A stretch of 64,000 nt of DNA from the human T2T-CHM13v2.0 reference genome, Homo sapiens. The position numbers were made by a program, and so were the translations under genes. Below the pieces are notes generated by a model that made no database searches, was not told where the DNA came from, and saw nothing but the letters and a program-made list of their open reading frames with translations. Location of the stretch: assembly GCF_009914755.1 (NCBI RefSeq), contig NC_060935.1; one strand, 5' to 3'. Of the stretch, positions 1 to 14,099 are shown one piece after another; position 1 is the first letter of the stretch; each line of letters opens with the position of its first letter.

Positions 1-311
1 GGGGCACTCTGCGGAGTGTTCTACATGTTTTGTTCTCATCCTAGACCTGTGGGCTAAACATCATTACCCCATCCCAGGAATGAGAAAACTGAGGCTTGGG
101 CACTCAGGTATAAAAGATAGGAAAGACCACGCGCAGAGCTAAGGGACCACGTGACTTTGGGTAAGTCACTTCAGAACTCTCCAGGCCTGTTTCCTCCTTC
201 AAAAGGTAAGAACAACCGATTGTTGCAGCAATCAAATGAGCAGACATATGTGACATTATACTGCTGATTATCAAAGCCTTTCCAAACGCAAGGTACTCGT
301 CACAGAAAACT

Positions 312-490
312 ATGGTGGTAAAGTGCTCTAGAGCCAGGCTGCCTGAGTTTCGATCCTGGCTTTGCTATTTAATAGCTGTGTGACCCTGGGTGAGGCACTC
401 TCTGTGACTGGCTTTAGCTTAGTTTCCTTGTCCCTCAGGAGGGTGATAACAGCACCTACCTCACAGGGTCATTATGAGGACTGAATGACT
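312..490 (+). mobile_element. MIR SINE
   Basis: gagccaggctgcctgagtttcgatcctggc...gctgtgtgaccctggg...agtttcct...cacctacctcacagggtcattatgagga matches MIR core. Confidence 0.8.
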
Positions 491-794
491 GCTGCCCATA
501 GAATTTAATGCTGCTGTGCCTAAGTCAAGAAGCAACAATGGGACTTGTGGATTCTCAGCACTTCCATGACATGGACTCTACCCTAACATTGGCTGGGCAA
601 TGTTATAACTTATAAACTTATAAGTTTATAAGTCCATCCCTTGATTTTAACAGGTCTGAGCAATAATGTGGAAAGGCTACTGGTAGCCACTGCCAATAAA
701 TCAAATCCATCATAGGCCACCTCCTCCAGAAAGCCCACCTGGACTATGCTGTCTTATTGTGACTACTTCCTTGGCTGAATTTCTATGGGATTTG

Positions 795-950
795 AAATTC
801 AGAGAAATTAAGTAACTCATCCAAGGTCACACAACTAATAAATGGTAAACTGGTTTACCATTTAGTAACCAGGTTACTAGTAACCATTTACTGGTAAATG
901 GTAAAGCAGGATTTCAGTCCGGCCATCTGACCCCAACGCTTGTCTGCTAT
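795..950 (-). mobile_element. MIR SINE interrupted by a 56-bp fold-back insertion
   Basis: agagaaattaagtaactcatccaaggtcacacaacta...gcaggattt, antisense MIR core. Confidence 0.75.
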
Positions 951-1059
951 GCAAGCATGGGAATCTTATGTTTTTTGCTACCTGGAAAGTTTCAGCATTG
1001 AATCATCTTAGCCTGGGGTCTTTTAAAAATAAATGATTCCATTAAAACCTTTCTCAACG

Positions 1060-1290
1060 GGCCCTTTGCATATAATTTTTTTTCTTTCAAGTTTTTCTAC
1101 TTTTTTGGGAGTCAGTTTGACTAATTTTCATTTTCCCGGAAAATCACCTATCTTGCAGAGATTTTCAGATGTATTAGAGTACCACAGCACCTTGTATTGG
1201 TGCAATTTTAAATCACATCAGTTGCTTTATTTCTTTTTTCATATATTCTCTTCATTTTAATATTAGAAGTCTTCCAGCGCTGTATTTATT
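1060..1290 (-). mobile_element. ancient L1 fragment
   Basis: T-rich; ttttcccggaaaatcacctatcttgcagagattttcagatgtattag resembles antisense L1M ORF2. Confidence 0.45.
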
Positions 1291-2639
1291 TTGCAGCATA
1301 CAGAGCAATAAGAAGCACACACACAAAGTAGTTTTAAAATGCTGGCCCCAGTGATGCTGAGTGGCTTGAAAAGAAGGCAGAATGTATCTTTGATAAAGCA
1401 CTCTTTTTTTTTTCAAGGAAAAATACCATGATGAGTTTGTTTGGATATGAAAGGGAAGGCCTCCTGGGTTTAGACAAAGAAGAGTTATGTTGTTCTATCT
1501 AAGAAAGCAATGAATGAATCTGACAGTAGACTGCTGGAAGAGGGGTTTTGTGTGTGGGAGGGAGAAACCTAAAAGGAGGAAGACAGGGAAGGAGGGCCAG
1601 GCAGCAAGGTGGCAAGCAGGGACGGGCTGGCAGTGTGACTTGGAGAGAGTGGGAGGGCCTCAGCATCCTGTAGCCTGTGTGTTGGGGCCTGCATGGCTGG
1701 CTTTTAACATTAAGAGAATTCGTCACTCTGAAGTTGGAGGGGACCCCGATGAGACCATCAGGCTCACTCCCAAAATCATAGGAGCTGCACATGCCAGCAG
1801 AAGGAAGAATGTTTGAGTCTGCCACACTCTAAAGTGAGGCTTGATAGTACTTAAATCACAGAGTCGTCATGGGAATTAAACAAGGTAAAGCACTTTAGAG
1901 ACTTAGCATGGTGCCCACTCATTGTAGCCTGTCACTACACGCAGCATGCATTTGTGCAGAGGGACAGAATCAATGATGATGTGTTCACATGTGAGCGTGT
2001 GTGTGTGTGTGCATGTGTATGGTGGGGGGCGGAGGTTGGTAGGGTTAAGGAGTGAATGCTCAGCCACCAGCCTTAAGAATCCCCTCAAGCCCAGATAGTC
2101 TCAAATCAACCCCCACTCATCCCTGAGCTGGTAAAAAACTAGCAAGGGGGCGGCAGGACCCTGGAGTCTTATATGGAAGGTGGCAGGTGGAATCCGGAAC
2201 AGAGAAGTAACTCCAGTTAGCTCCTCTGTGACCTGGGATTGTGCAGAGTCTCTTTGGCAGCCCAGCCATAAGGCAACCAGCCCGAATTTCATTTCTGATC
2301 CTTGCATTTGGGCCCCATCTCAATTAAGATCAGTTAGAAGTCAATTTCACAGTGGCTGGTTTTTTAAGATCCCTGAAAAATGATAAGCTGGAAGCAGGCG
2401 ATCGCTTCTTTTAGGAGCAGAGGCCTTCCTCGACAGGGGCTCAGATGCTTTATTTATTTTGATTTGATTTTAATTTGGTAAATAACGTTTATTTAATTTT
2501 TTCTCTGATTTCAAAAGCAATGCATGTTCAGGAGGGAAAAACAGCTGTCATATCCCTCGCCAGGCCTCAGACTAATGGTGATGTTTTTTTCCTTCATTGC
2601 CTGTGAGGCTTAAATAAATACCCAACACCGATGACCAAT

Positions 2640-3160
2640 AGTTTCCAAATATAGAAAAAAATAAAAATAAAAAACCAGAAAGGTGGAAAGAAAAGAAGAA
2701 AAATCATCCGCAATCCTACCACTCAGAGACAACTACCGTTAACAGTTTGTGTGTGTGTTTTTCCTTCCTGTTATTTTTCTGTAACTGTTTTACATGGCTG
2801 AGATCACACCGTGTGTGATTTTACATCTTGCAAAAGACAGGGTATAAAATCACCATAAGCATACCATAAGCATTTCCCCATGTCATTAAAAGCTCTATAA
2901 ACATCATTTTTAACGGCTACAAAATATTCCACTCTATGAATGAACCATAATTTACCTAACCAATTCCCTAAAGTGGAGCATTTAGTGGTTTCCAATTTTT
3001 CACTCACATAAATAAAGCTATAGTGAACACCCGTGTGGATTCATTTTTGTCTGCATTTCATATTATTTTCTTAGGACAGATTCCCAGAAGCAGAATTACT
3101 GGGTCAAGGCATGTAGACTTTTTTGAGGCTCTTGAGTCTTATTGCCAAACTTTAGTTCCC
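2640..3160 (-). mobile_element. L1ME-type 3' fragment
   Basis: tttttaacggctacaaaatattccac...ccataatttacctaaccaattccct...cccagaagcagaattactgggtcaagg. Confidence 0.75.
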
Positions 3161-3526
3161 AAATCTGCCCCTTCCACAGTGTGTGAGGTATCCCTCCATG
3201 CAGGCCTTGATCTGATGCATTTTTAAACTCTGTACCCTGGGGAGGGAGATTGCCACTTGTTCGGGGCCTGGGGGCTAGGAAGGGTTTTCATTCCTCTAGT
3301 GCCCCTTGGGAGCTCCAGGAAGGGTCAGTGGATTTCCATCCCCCTTTCTGCTCCCCTCCCCTTGTCTGGGGCTCCACTTTTGTTCCTGGCTTCAGTGACT
3401 TTCATCGGGGCACTGAGGGGGGCCTTGTGTGCTCCTTGTCCCCATCACAAATTCATGACACGGTAGGAGGCAGGGAACAGGGGAGGAGGTGTCTGTGTTT
3501 CGGGGGTCATTTTTAGCACTTTTCAG

Positions 3527-3720
3527 TCATTTATCAGACTCCAGGTATTGTGTTTTCTCCTTTTGTGAGGCACCACGGTGTGCATGGGCTGTCTTGTCGT
3601 TGTACTCGGACACATCTCGGCACAGTGGATTTTGCGGTCCATTTTGAATGGCACTGGAGCAACTCTCTTTCTGAATTTGTGCTATAAAGTCACTGGATGT
3701 GCCCCAATCAGAGGGCAATG
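3527..3720 (-). CDS. candidate terminal coding exon of a hypothetical 87-aa spliced microprotein (or lncRNA exon)
   Basis: Acceptor tttgtttgtttgtttaaattcag| (AG at 3722-3721); open frame (A)LPSDWG...YLESDK* to TGA at 3529-3527; non-repetitive; minus-strand AATAAA at 2449-2458. No homology recognised. Confidence 0.25.
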
Positions 3721-4164
3721 CTGAATTTAAACAAACAAACAAAAAATGAAACACTTCAAAGGGGAAACCCTGTGAGCTTTCCAAGAGTAAAACAGAAAAT
3801 GACAACAAAACGCTGCAGGGGATATTGAATCATGAGAATCAAACAGAAACACAAGAGGAGGGAGGGCTGCAAGAACACAGCCACTGTCTCCAGGGTGGGC
3901 CAGTGTCAGAGGGGGCAGAAGGTCACCCGCTCACCAGGGACAGGCAGGAAGAACAGTGCCGAGAGCCTCCCGTGGAGCCGGGACTGTGGGAGGCATTTTC
4001 CTAAACCAGGAGAGCAAATATTTCCAATGCACTAATGCAGGGCGCTAACCAAGACGCTGAGGCTCAGATAAGTCATGTGCCAGCCAAGAGCAGGCGGCAA
4101 CTGAGAGGCAGAGCAAGGACTCAACTCAGGACCAGAGGTGGCCCATGTCCCGCGGTGCCTACAG

Positions 4165-4321
4165 CAGTGTTCCTCAAAGTTAATGTGGACGAGATTCAAC
4201 TGGGAGTCTTGTTAAAATGCAGACTGTGATCCAGCAGGCCTTGGGTGGAGCCTGAGAGTGCATTTCCAACAAGCTCCCGTGATGCTGATGCTCCCGGTCC
4301 CAGGACCGCCCTTTGAGCAAG
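4165..4321. mobile_element. MER5A1-like hAT-Charlie DNA transposon
   Basis: cagtgttcctcaaagtt...ttgttaaaatgcagac...gcatttccaacaagctccc...tttgagcaag. Confidence 0.75.
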
Positions 4322-4330
4322 TCCTACGAT

Positions 4331-4518
4331 CAGTGGTTCTTAAACCTTAGCAAGCAACAGAATCGCCCTGGAGAGCCCCTTAGAACACAAGTTGCTGGGT
4401 CCCACCCCCAGAGTTTGTGACTCAGAAGGTGTTGGATGGGCCTGAGAACTTGCATTTTATAAAAGTCCCAGGTGAGGCTAATGCTCCTGGCTCGGGGAAA
4501 ATGTTCCAAGAATCATTG
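4331..4518. mobile_element. MER5A hAT-Charlie DNA transposon
   Basis: cagtggttcttaaacc...gctgggtcccacccccagagttt...aagaatcattg with degenerate terminal inverted repeats. Confidence 0.8.
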
Positions 4519-4718
4519 CCCTACTAGACTGTGGCTCCACCGGGGGTGAGCAGGGAGCAGTTCTCGGCCTGCTCCAGTGCTGCTGCTTAGGCCTTTCTGT
4601 GTTCTGAAGAAGGAGTTAGGGCCTTGTTCTTGAGAGGGTCTGGAAGTGGGATTGTTCTTGTCCAGAGACCCTCATCTTTTGGATGTGGCATTAGGAGGGA
4701 CAGGGCTGTATGTGTCTA

Positions 4719-4745
4719 TGTGTGTGTGTGTGTGTGTGTCTGTGT
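4719..4745. repeat. (TG)n microsatellite
   Basis: about 10 perfect TG units plus degenerate flank. Confidence 0.95.
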
Positions 4746-4840
4746 GGTGTGACGAGTCTCCAAAGCCCTTTTAATCTCCGTGCAGAACCAGGTGGTGATA
4801 GGAGAGGCCAGAGAATTTCTCAAGCAGCTTGAGGACTCAC

Positions 4841-5050
4841 CCATAAAAAAGCCGCTTGCAGTACATCAGTTATATTATGTTGTCGAACAGAGCTTCCTGC
4901 TTGTTGGGTCTTGGAGTTTAATAAAAAAATATATTATGACTCAGTCCAAACTTACAAAAGTCCTTGGGGAATCTGAAATGAATCATGTTAAGCTCTTGTT
5001 ATAAAACAAACAGTCATTTCTTTCACAAGCCTGTATCCACAGCAGACTAG
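4841..5050 (-). other. candidate 210-nt cassette exon (stop-containing)
   Basis: Strong acceptor cttccctttctcccacctctacag| at 5051; donor TGG|GTGAGT at 4840; stops in all three frames. Confidence 0.3.
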
Positions 5051-5729
5051 CTGTAGAGGTGGGAGAAAGGGAAGGTGGGGAAAAGACTCAGGGCAAGGGG
5101 TGAAATTTTTGCCCGGAGTTTTCTTAAACAACCAGAGACCTTCAGGCTGAAGGAAGACAGAGCCCAAAGAGGCTGTGTGTGGGGGAAAATGCTTCTTTAA
5201 TGGTGGGCTCACCCTCTAACAGCAGAAGGTAGCTAAGGAAGTAAGGATTTAGAGGTTACCTCCTTCAGAAAGCCTTCCTTGATTTCTCCAGGAAGAATGG
5301 CTCTAAACTTCACAGCCCTTTATCTTTGTCACTGAGCACAGAAACCCAGCTCTGTACATGCCAACTGTTTATGGCCATGGTGCTCTCCTACTGGACTGAA
5401 TCTTCTGAGCTGACTGAATGCAGGCACACCTTATCTCCCAAGTTGCCATCCTGCACGTGGAAGCCTCTGAGAGGTAGCAGAAGCCCTGCAGCCATTGCAT
5501 GTTTGATTGACTGACTGACTTGACAAAGTTTCTCAGTCTCCCTATCTTTCTTCTCATACTGAAGGAAGAAACTTCATATGTTGTCAGAGCCCAGATTACA
5601 GTAACAAAACTTGAACTAGGACGTGGATCAGTGTGCAGTTGTCAATAGGGCATTAGCCAGCATCAAAATACATTTTTTCATGTAGAGTCCTGGCTGGGTG
5701 CCCTCCCTAGAGGGAAAAGTGAGCATATC

Positions 5730-6271
<542 letters not shown>

Positions 6272-6634
6272 CTAAATCTAAAAGAGAGAGTGAGTGAGAG
6301 AGAAAAAGAGAGAGAGAAAGACAAACAGCGCAAGTGGTAACGTCCTCATATAATTTCAGGCTGAAATTCCAGGATATATGCACTGAAAGGGGAAATGAGG
6401 GGGCCAGAAGCATGGCCTACATTTATAGAGTGCTCAATAAGTGTTAGCTGTTATTAAGAACCTATTCTGTGCTAGATATATGCTAAGCACATAAACGTCA
6501 TTTCACTCCATCTTTATAAAACCTTGGGATATGACTTATTTCTCAGATTTTATAGGTGAGGAAACTGGGGCCTCCCTAGACCAGACTGGCAGAGTTGTTT
6601 CCTTACAGCATAAGTTAATGAAAAGACAAGTCAG

Positions 6635-7265
6635 CAAACTTTGGAAAATAATTTGGCATTATCTAGTAAAGCTAGAGATACCAGGCCTATGAACCTCTAA
6701 TTCCTTTCTGAGGTATATACCCAACACATCAGCATTCTCAAAAGACTTGTACAAAAATGTCCATAGCACCATCATTTGTAACAGTCAAACACGGGAAATA
6801 ACCCAAACCCCTCTTAACAGTAGAATCGATAACTTCTGGATACCTGGATGATGGGGTATCACAAAGGAACACACTGGAACTATCCACAATTTGGATGACT
6901 CTTAAAAAGATGACATTGAGCAAAGAGGGTCAGATACAGAGAGATATGTATTGGATGATTCTATTTGTATGAAAAATGAAAACAGGCAAAACAGCTGGGT
7001 TGTCTGGATACATATACTTAGATGCCAAACAATAAAGGAAAGGAATGATGAGGTTCTCCACGACATGAGTGTGTTACTACGAGGTGGAGGTGAGGGAAGA
7101 GGGAGAGGGTTGTTTCTTGGGAGGAGCCCAAGAAAGCTTTGGGAATATTACCGGTGTTCTATTTTTTGCCCTGAGTAGTGGTAACATGATGTTCACATTG
7201 CAATTATTTGTTGGACAGTACATGTATGTGTTGTGCCCTTTTCTGGATGAATATTGTATTTCTCA
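6635..7265 (+). mobile_element. L1ME-type 3' fragment
   Basis: ctttggaaaataatttggcattatctagtaaagc...aaaatgtccatagcaccatcatttgtaacagtcaaacacgggaaataacccaaa. Confidence 0.75.
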
Positions 7266-7413
7266 AAAAAAAAAAAACACCCCCCCACCCCCAAAACAAA
7301 ACCAAAATGATAAGGCTTCTCTTCTAGAGGGAACTCCTGAATATCCCCAGAGTCTAAAGCTGAGACAATTAAGAACAGGACAGATGGAATTCAGTGTATA
7401 AGAAGAATATGCT

Positions 7414-7799
<386 letters not shown>

Positions 7800-8048
7800 T
7801 CATCCACAGCCACTGCCTATTGAGGACCCAGCAGTTCCAGACCCCGTGTTGGGAGTTTACCTTCATTATCCCTATTCCTCACAACAGCACTGCAATGCAA
7901 CCATTAATAATTTATTCTACAGCAACAGAAATATGTGAACATCCTCAAGGGCTCCCAGCCAGGAAGTGATGGAACTGGCATTTTACCCATGTCTGTCCCA
8001 GGACAGTGCTGCTAGTGACTACATGCTCTCCTTCTATACTAGACTTAC

Positions 8049-8118
8049 CTTCTGCAGTAAGGTTTTTTAAAACCAAAAGACAACTCAGTTGAAGGAATTT
8101 TCTGGACTTCCAAAGCAT
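8049..8118 (-). CDS. candidate signal-peptide exon of a hypothetical 87-aa spliced microprotein
   Basis: ATG at 8118-8116 after in-frame TAA (8133-8131); MLWKSRKFLQLSCLLVLKNLTAE+G; consensus donor AAG|GTAAGT at 8049/8048; candidate acceptors give exon starts at 8189 or 8155/8152. Kozak weak (C at -3). Confidence 0.25.
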
Positions 8119-8995
8119 TTGAGCACTGCCTTAGAGTTATATGTTCTTTCCTCTGCTGTTTTTACAGGAGAAGGAGAAACCGGGGGAAACTGAGGTAAAG
8201 GGCAATACACATAGAGTAGCCCTTGCCTGTGGCCAGATCTTTGTAGGAGGGCATGGAAGCCCTGTCTACCCTGATGGCTTGTCCTCTGGTCCCTTATAAA
8301 CACGCAGGGCTGGCCATCCATCTGGTGGAAGGTGGAAGAGCCCAAGATGACGTGGCTCATTGGGAGCTTTGTGGTGGCCTGCCTTAACTTAATGTCCCCA
8401 TGTGTCCTCAGCTCCTCTGAGGCTCAGGCCCCTCAGAATGAAGAGACTGCGACTACCTTCAGAAGTAGGTGAGATACCTGCGCAAAGCTCCCCACAAGGT
8501 ACCTGGCACAGGCAAGGCATGGGATACATACAGAGTGTTCACTCAATGGCCTACATGATTCAGGAGTTAGAAAAGAGGTCCTGCAAACCTCTCCTTCCTG
8601 AAGGTTCACACAGTTCTGGGCATTAGAGTGAGTGAACCCCTTCCTTGTTGGCTAGGGACCACAGTATTACAGAGTTCCCATTAGTGCCAGAAAGCAACAT
8701 TTTGCTGGCCACACAGAGTAAATGTATGGAGAATCTTTCATAAGTGTCCCCCACACTTTGGGGAACGTCTATTTTGGGCATCTCAACTGTGTCGGTAATT
8801 TCATCCCTAAAGTCATTTTGCACATCTTCCCAAGGATTCAAAAATAAAACTCTGTCCCATAAAGGCAGTAAAAGGATTTTCAGGGGGAAAAAGTCTTCAA
8901 ATACTATTTTTAAAAAACCATACACACCTTTCTGCCTTCTCCTCCTGCATCTTCACAAGAGACCTTTGAGTTATGAAGTGCACTTAACACCATTA

Positions 8996-9009
8996 ATTGC
9001 CATGGAAAC
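8996..9009. promoter_or_regulatory. RFX X-box-like motif
   Basis: attgccatggaaac, 13/14 to GTTNCCATGGNAAC, in non-repetitive DNA. Confidence 0.4.
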
Positions 9010-9409
9010 TACAGCATCTTCTGCTCGATATGGTCAACTTTTTCTGCAGAGACTTTTTTTTCCCCTAGCAGAGACTTTGAATAATGGGCTGTTTTTGCTC
9101 CATTTGAGGGAAGACAAAGCTTCCCTCCCCCACCCATTCCTTGTAATGTGTTACTTCCTCTGGCCACATTAGTGACAGCAGACACTGGTTACCAGGTTTC
9201 TAGAAGGCCAGGAAAGAGGAAGAGGAAGAGAGGAAGAAGAATATTTTCTGAATTTCAGCTTTCCGATGACACTACCTGTGGGATCCAGGTGTTTTCACCT
9301 GATCTTCAGCAATAATTTGGTCTTCAATTTTTATTTAGCATCATTGACACAACCCTAGTAGCATGCAGTAACAATTACTAATAATTCTTATTTGTTTGAG
9401 TGCTTACAA

Positions 9410-9660
9410 TAAAAAATAATAGCTTTTATCTAGTACTTACTACCTACAGGGACTATTCTAAGTGCACTGTATGTGTTAACTTATTAAATCCTCACATAAA
9501 CTATAGAGATATTCATCATTCCCATTCTGCAGGTGAGGAAACTGAGGCACAGAAATATTTAACCTACCTACCCATGGGCACAGAGCTAGTAAGCACAAAA
9601 GCCGAGATTTGAACATAGGTCCCTGTAATTCCAAATCTAGCCCATGCATTTTCCATCATG
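9410..9660 (-). mobile_element. MIR SINE
   Basis: cccattctgcaggtgaggaaactgaggcacaga...gagatttgaac. Confidence 0.85.
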
Positions 9661-9954
9661 CTTCTAGTCTACCTTTTAAAAGGTATGACAGCATAACCCC
9701 TCACCAGCAAGTAAATCATTAATGAATAGATTGAATCATAAATATTTATTAGGCCTCTGCTATGTGTCAGGGACAGTGCTGGGTTCTATTTCAAATTCAT
9801 TTACCCACCAAACTCAGCCATCTGAAACTTTTCTGAGAAACAGGAATTATGCCAAAAAGCCTCTCAGCAACCCAAAGGTATCGCAATATTCACACGCAGT
9901 ATTTATGTGAGAAATACTACACCAACTCCTTTACTTTCTCTATACACAATGTTA

Positions 9955-10190
9955 ATAAGCTGGTCATTTAAAACCAGACACTTGGATTTGAATTCCAGAT
10001 CTGTCACTCCCTAGCTATGTGGCCTTGGGATTTATCTAACAACTCTCTGCTGGTTTCCCCATATTTAAAATAGGAGCAATCTCAGGAAGTTTTGAAGATT
10101 AAGTCAGAAGATGTATGTCAGGTGACTATTCCAGTAACTGGCACCAAATAGGAGCTGAACAGGCAATTTCTATGAGCAGTAGTGGCGGCA
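9955..10190 (+). mobile_element. MIR SINE
   Basis: ccagacacttggatttgaattccagatctgtcactccctagctatgtggccttggg. Confidence 0.7.
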
Positions 10191-10273
10191 TTACTCATTT
10201 ATTACGTAAACTTTTATTGTGCATCAGTGATTCCCAGCACACTGCCTATTTGTGCCCTGCACTAATTTTCTTT

Positions 10274-10580
<307 letters not shown>

Positions 10581-11214
10581 TAACAGAGTGCCTAGAAATT
10601 CAATTGTGAGGCTAAATGAGATAATCCACATATAAGGCAAAGCAGGATGCCAGGCTCAGGTCAGGCATAGGTAGGAAGTGGCAGAGCTAGAATTTGAACA
10701 CACATCTAGTGACTTTGAATCCTGCACCTGGGAATGATTAGACTGAAGGCATTTGTCCCAAATGGGGAAGAAAGCCACACATTCTCAATCACTGAAGGCC
10801 AACCCCACTGTTCTATGCACCTTTTTAAGAAAATATTTCAAAAGTTCTGCTGTAACTTTTGCTATTCTAATGGAGGATGCCTGGTTTCCAGGCCTTAAAA
10901 AAAGGAGCGATCCTAGCAAATATTGCCTTCTATTAACCCAACATTAGACACAATTCAATGTCTTAATGGCATTTATAATCATCCCATGCTTCTAGTTAAA
11001 AATTAATAATTGAAATTCTGATGATCACAGATGTCCACGGAAGGCAAATTTAGACAACAACTTGCTAGGCGAAGCTTAAACTTTCAATTGCTTTTTAAAT
11101 CAAATAGGTGTCTGGCTATACAATTACTTCACAAACATGCATTTCTTTGGGCTGTATCCTTGAAAGAGGTTTAAAATGAAAGGATCCACTAGTGGTGCTT
11201 CAAGAAGCTATAAG

Positions 11215-12830
<1,616 letters not shown>

Positions 12831-12879
12831 CTAGTTTGTCGGCCAGAAAACTAGGGCAACTACTGGGTGCTGTGAACTA

Positions 12880-13255
12880 TCTATAGTGGAAGATTGAATC
12901 ATTGCTCCTAATTCTTCACCCTTCTCCTCGTGCCCTTTGCCCTGGACTTTTCAGTACTTCCTACTACAGGTGGAGTGCATTTCCCTACCCACTAGGGAGC
13001 TTGACCTCTCCCTTCTGCTGCCATGAAAAGAATGTGCCCCAGCTCTCCTGTGGGTCCAAGGAGGATGAGAGACTCATGGAGCAGACCCGGATCCACCTGC
13101 TGATTGGAGTTAAACCCCCCAGAGCCCAGTTTAGATCAGCTGACCCCAGCTCACTCCCAGACAGACGAGTAAGAGTCAATGATTGTTTTAAGCTACTGAA
13201 TTTTCAAGTGGCTTGTTAATGCAGCATGATTGTGACAGTACAGTTGCTTAATACA
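12880..13255 (+). mobile_element. MLT1 (MLT1J-like) MaLR solo LTR
   Basis: ccatgaaaagaatgtgccccag...gatcagctgacccc...gattgttttaagctactgaatttt...taataca. Confidence 0.7.
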
Positions 13256-14099
13256 TATATTATATCAACAGATTTTAGAATTCTGAGATAGACATTGTTA
13301 CCTCCATTTTACGGTGAAGAAAAGACAAAGGCTCCAAGAAGGAATGCAACTTACCCAGTGTCACACGAAAGTAAACTCAACAACTAAGGCTTATTCTGTC
13401 TGTGAAGCCCCAACTTTTAACTTCTGTACCAAATTGCTTCTCAGCAAATGCTTGTTGGATTAATGGATGAACAGACAAAGGAATAACAGCCCATCCACTG
13501 GGGCCAAAAACATAAACTGCACTCACTCAAACTCACACTCAGGGCCTGACCACCGTAAGGCCTGAGCAAACTCATCAATGTTCCCAAAGAGGCTATTTTC
13601 CTTTTATGAGGTGTCTGCTGCACAAAGAGCTTGCCGGGAAAACAAATCCCCTTCATGCCAGGAAACAAACAAACACTGCACTGGAGTGGAAAATAATCGC
13701 AGCCTGTCAGACTCCTTGGCATGCTGATGATCTTCATGGTCCAGCAGATGATGTCAAGGATGTGACCTCCGGAGGCTCACAATAGGCAGTCGAGGAAGCC
13801 CTCATCTAAATGGATGACACAGAGTCCCACAGCTGATCCGCGTCTTAGTGCCTGGTACTTTAGCAGCTGCTGGGGAACTGTCTGATTGGTACAGCTTCTC
13901 CTCTGAACCGATGGGATCCTAAATAATTAATCGCCCTGTTTTCTGTGGGGTGGGAATGGGCAGACCGTCCAAGAGGCTACAGAGGTTTCCCTGTTTAAGT
14001 AAGAGAGGATGAAGACGTTTAGACCTTCATCCCTCCCCATTTGATTCAGAATCTCAAAATAAACTGAAATAAAATCGATGATGAACTTCTTTTGGTTTC

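Noticed and set aside
4780-5004. Plus-strand 74-aa ORF that looks helical
   Set aside because: Non-ATG start and no flanking splice signals on +; the splice signals here are on the minus strand
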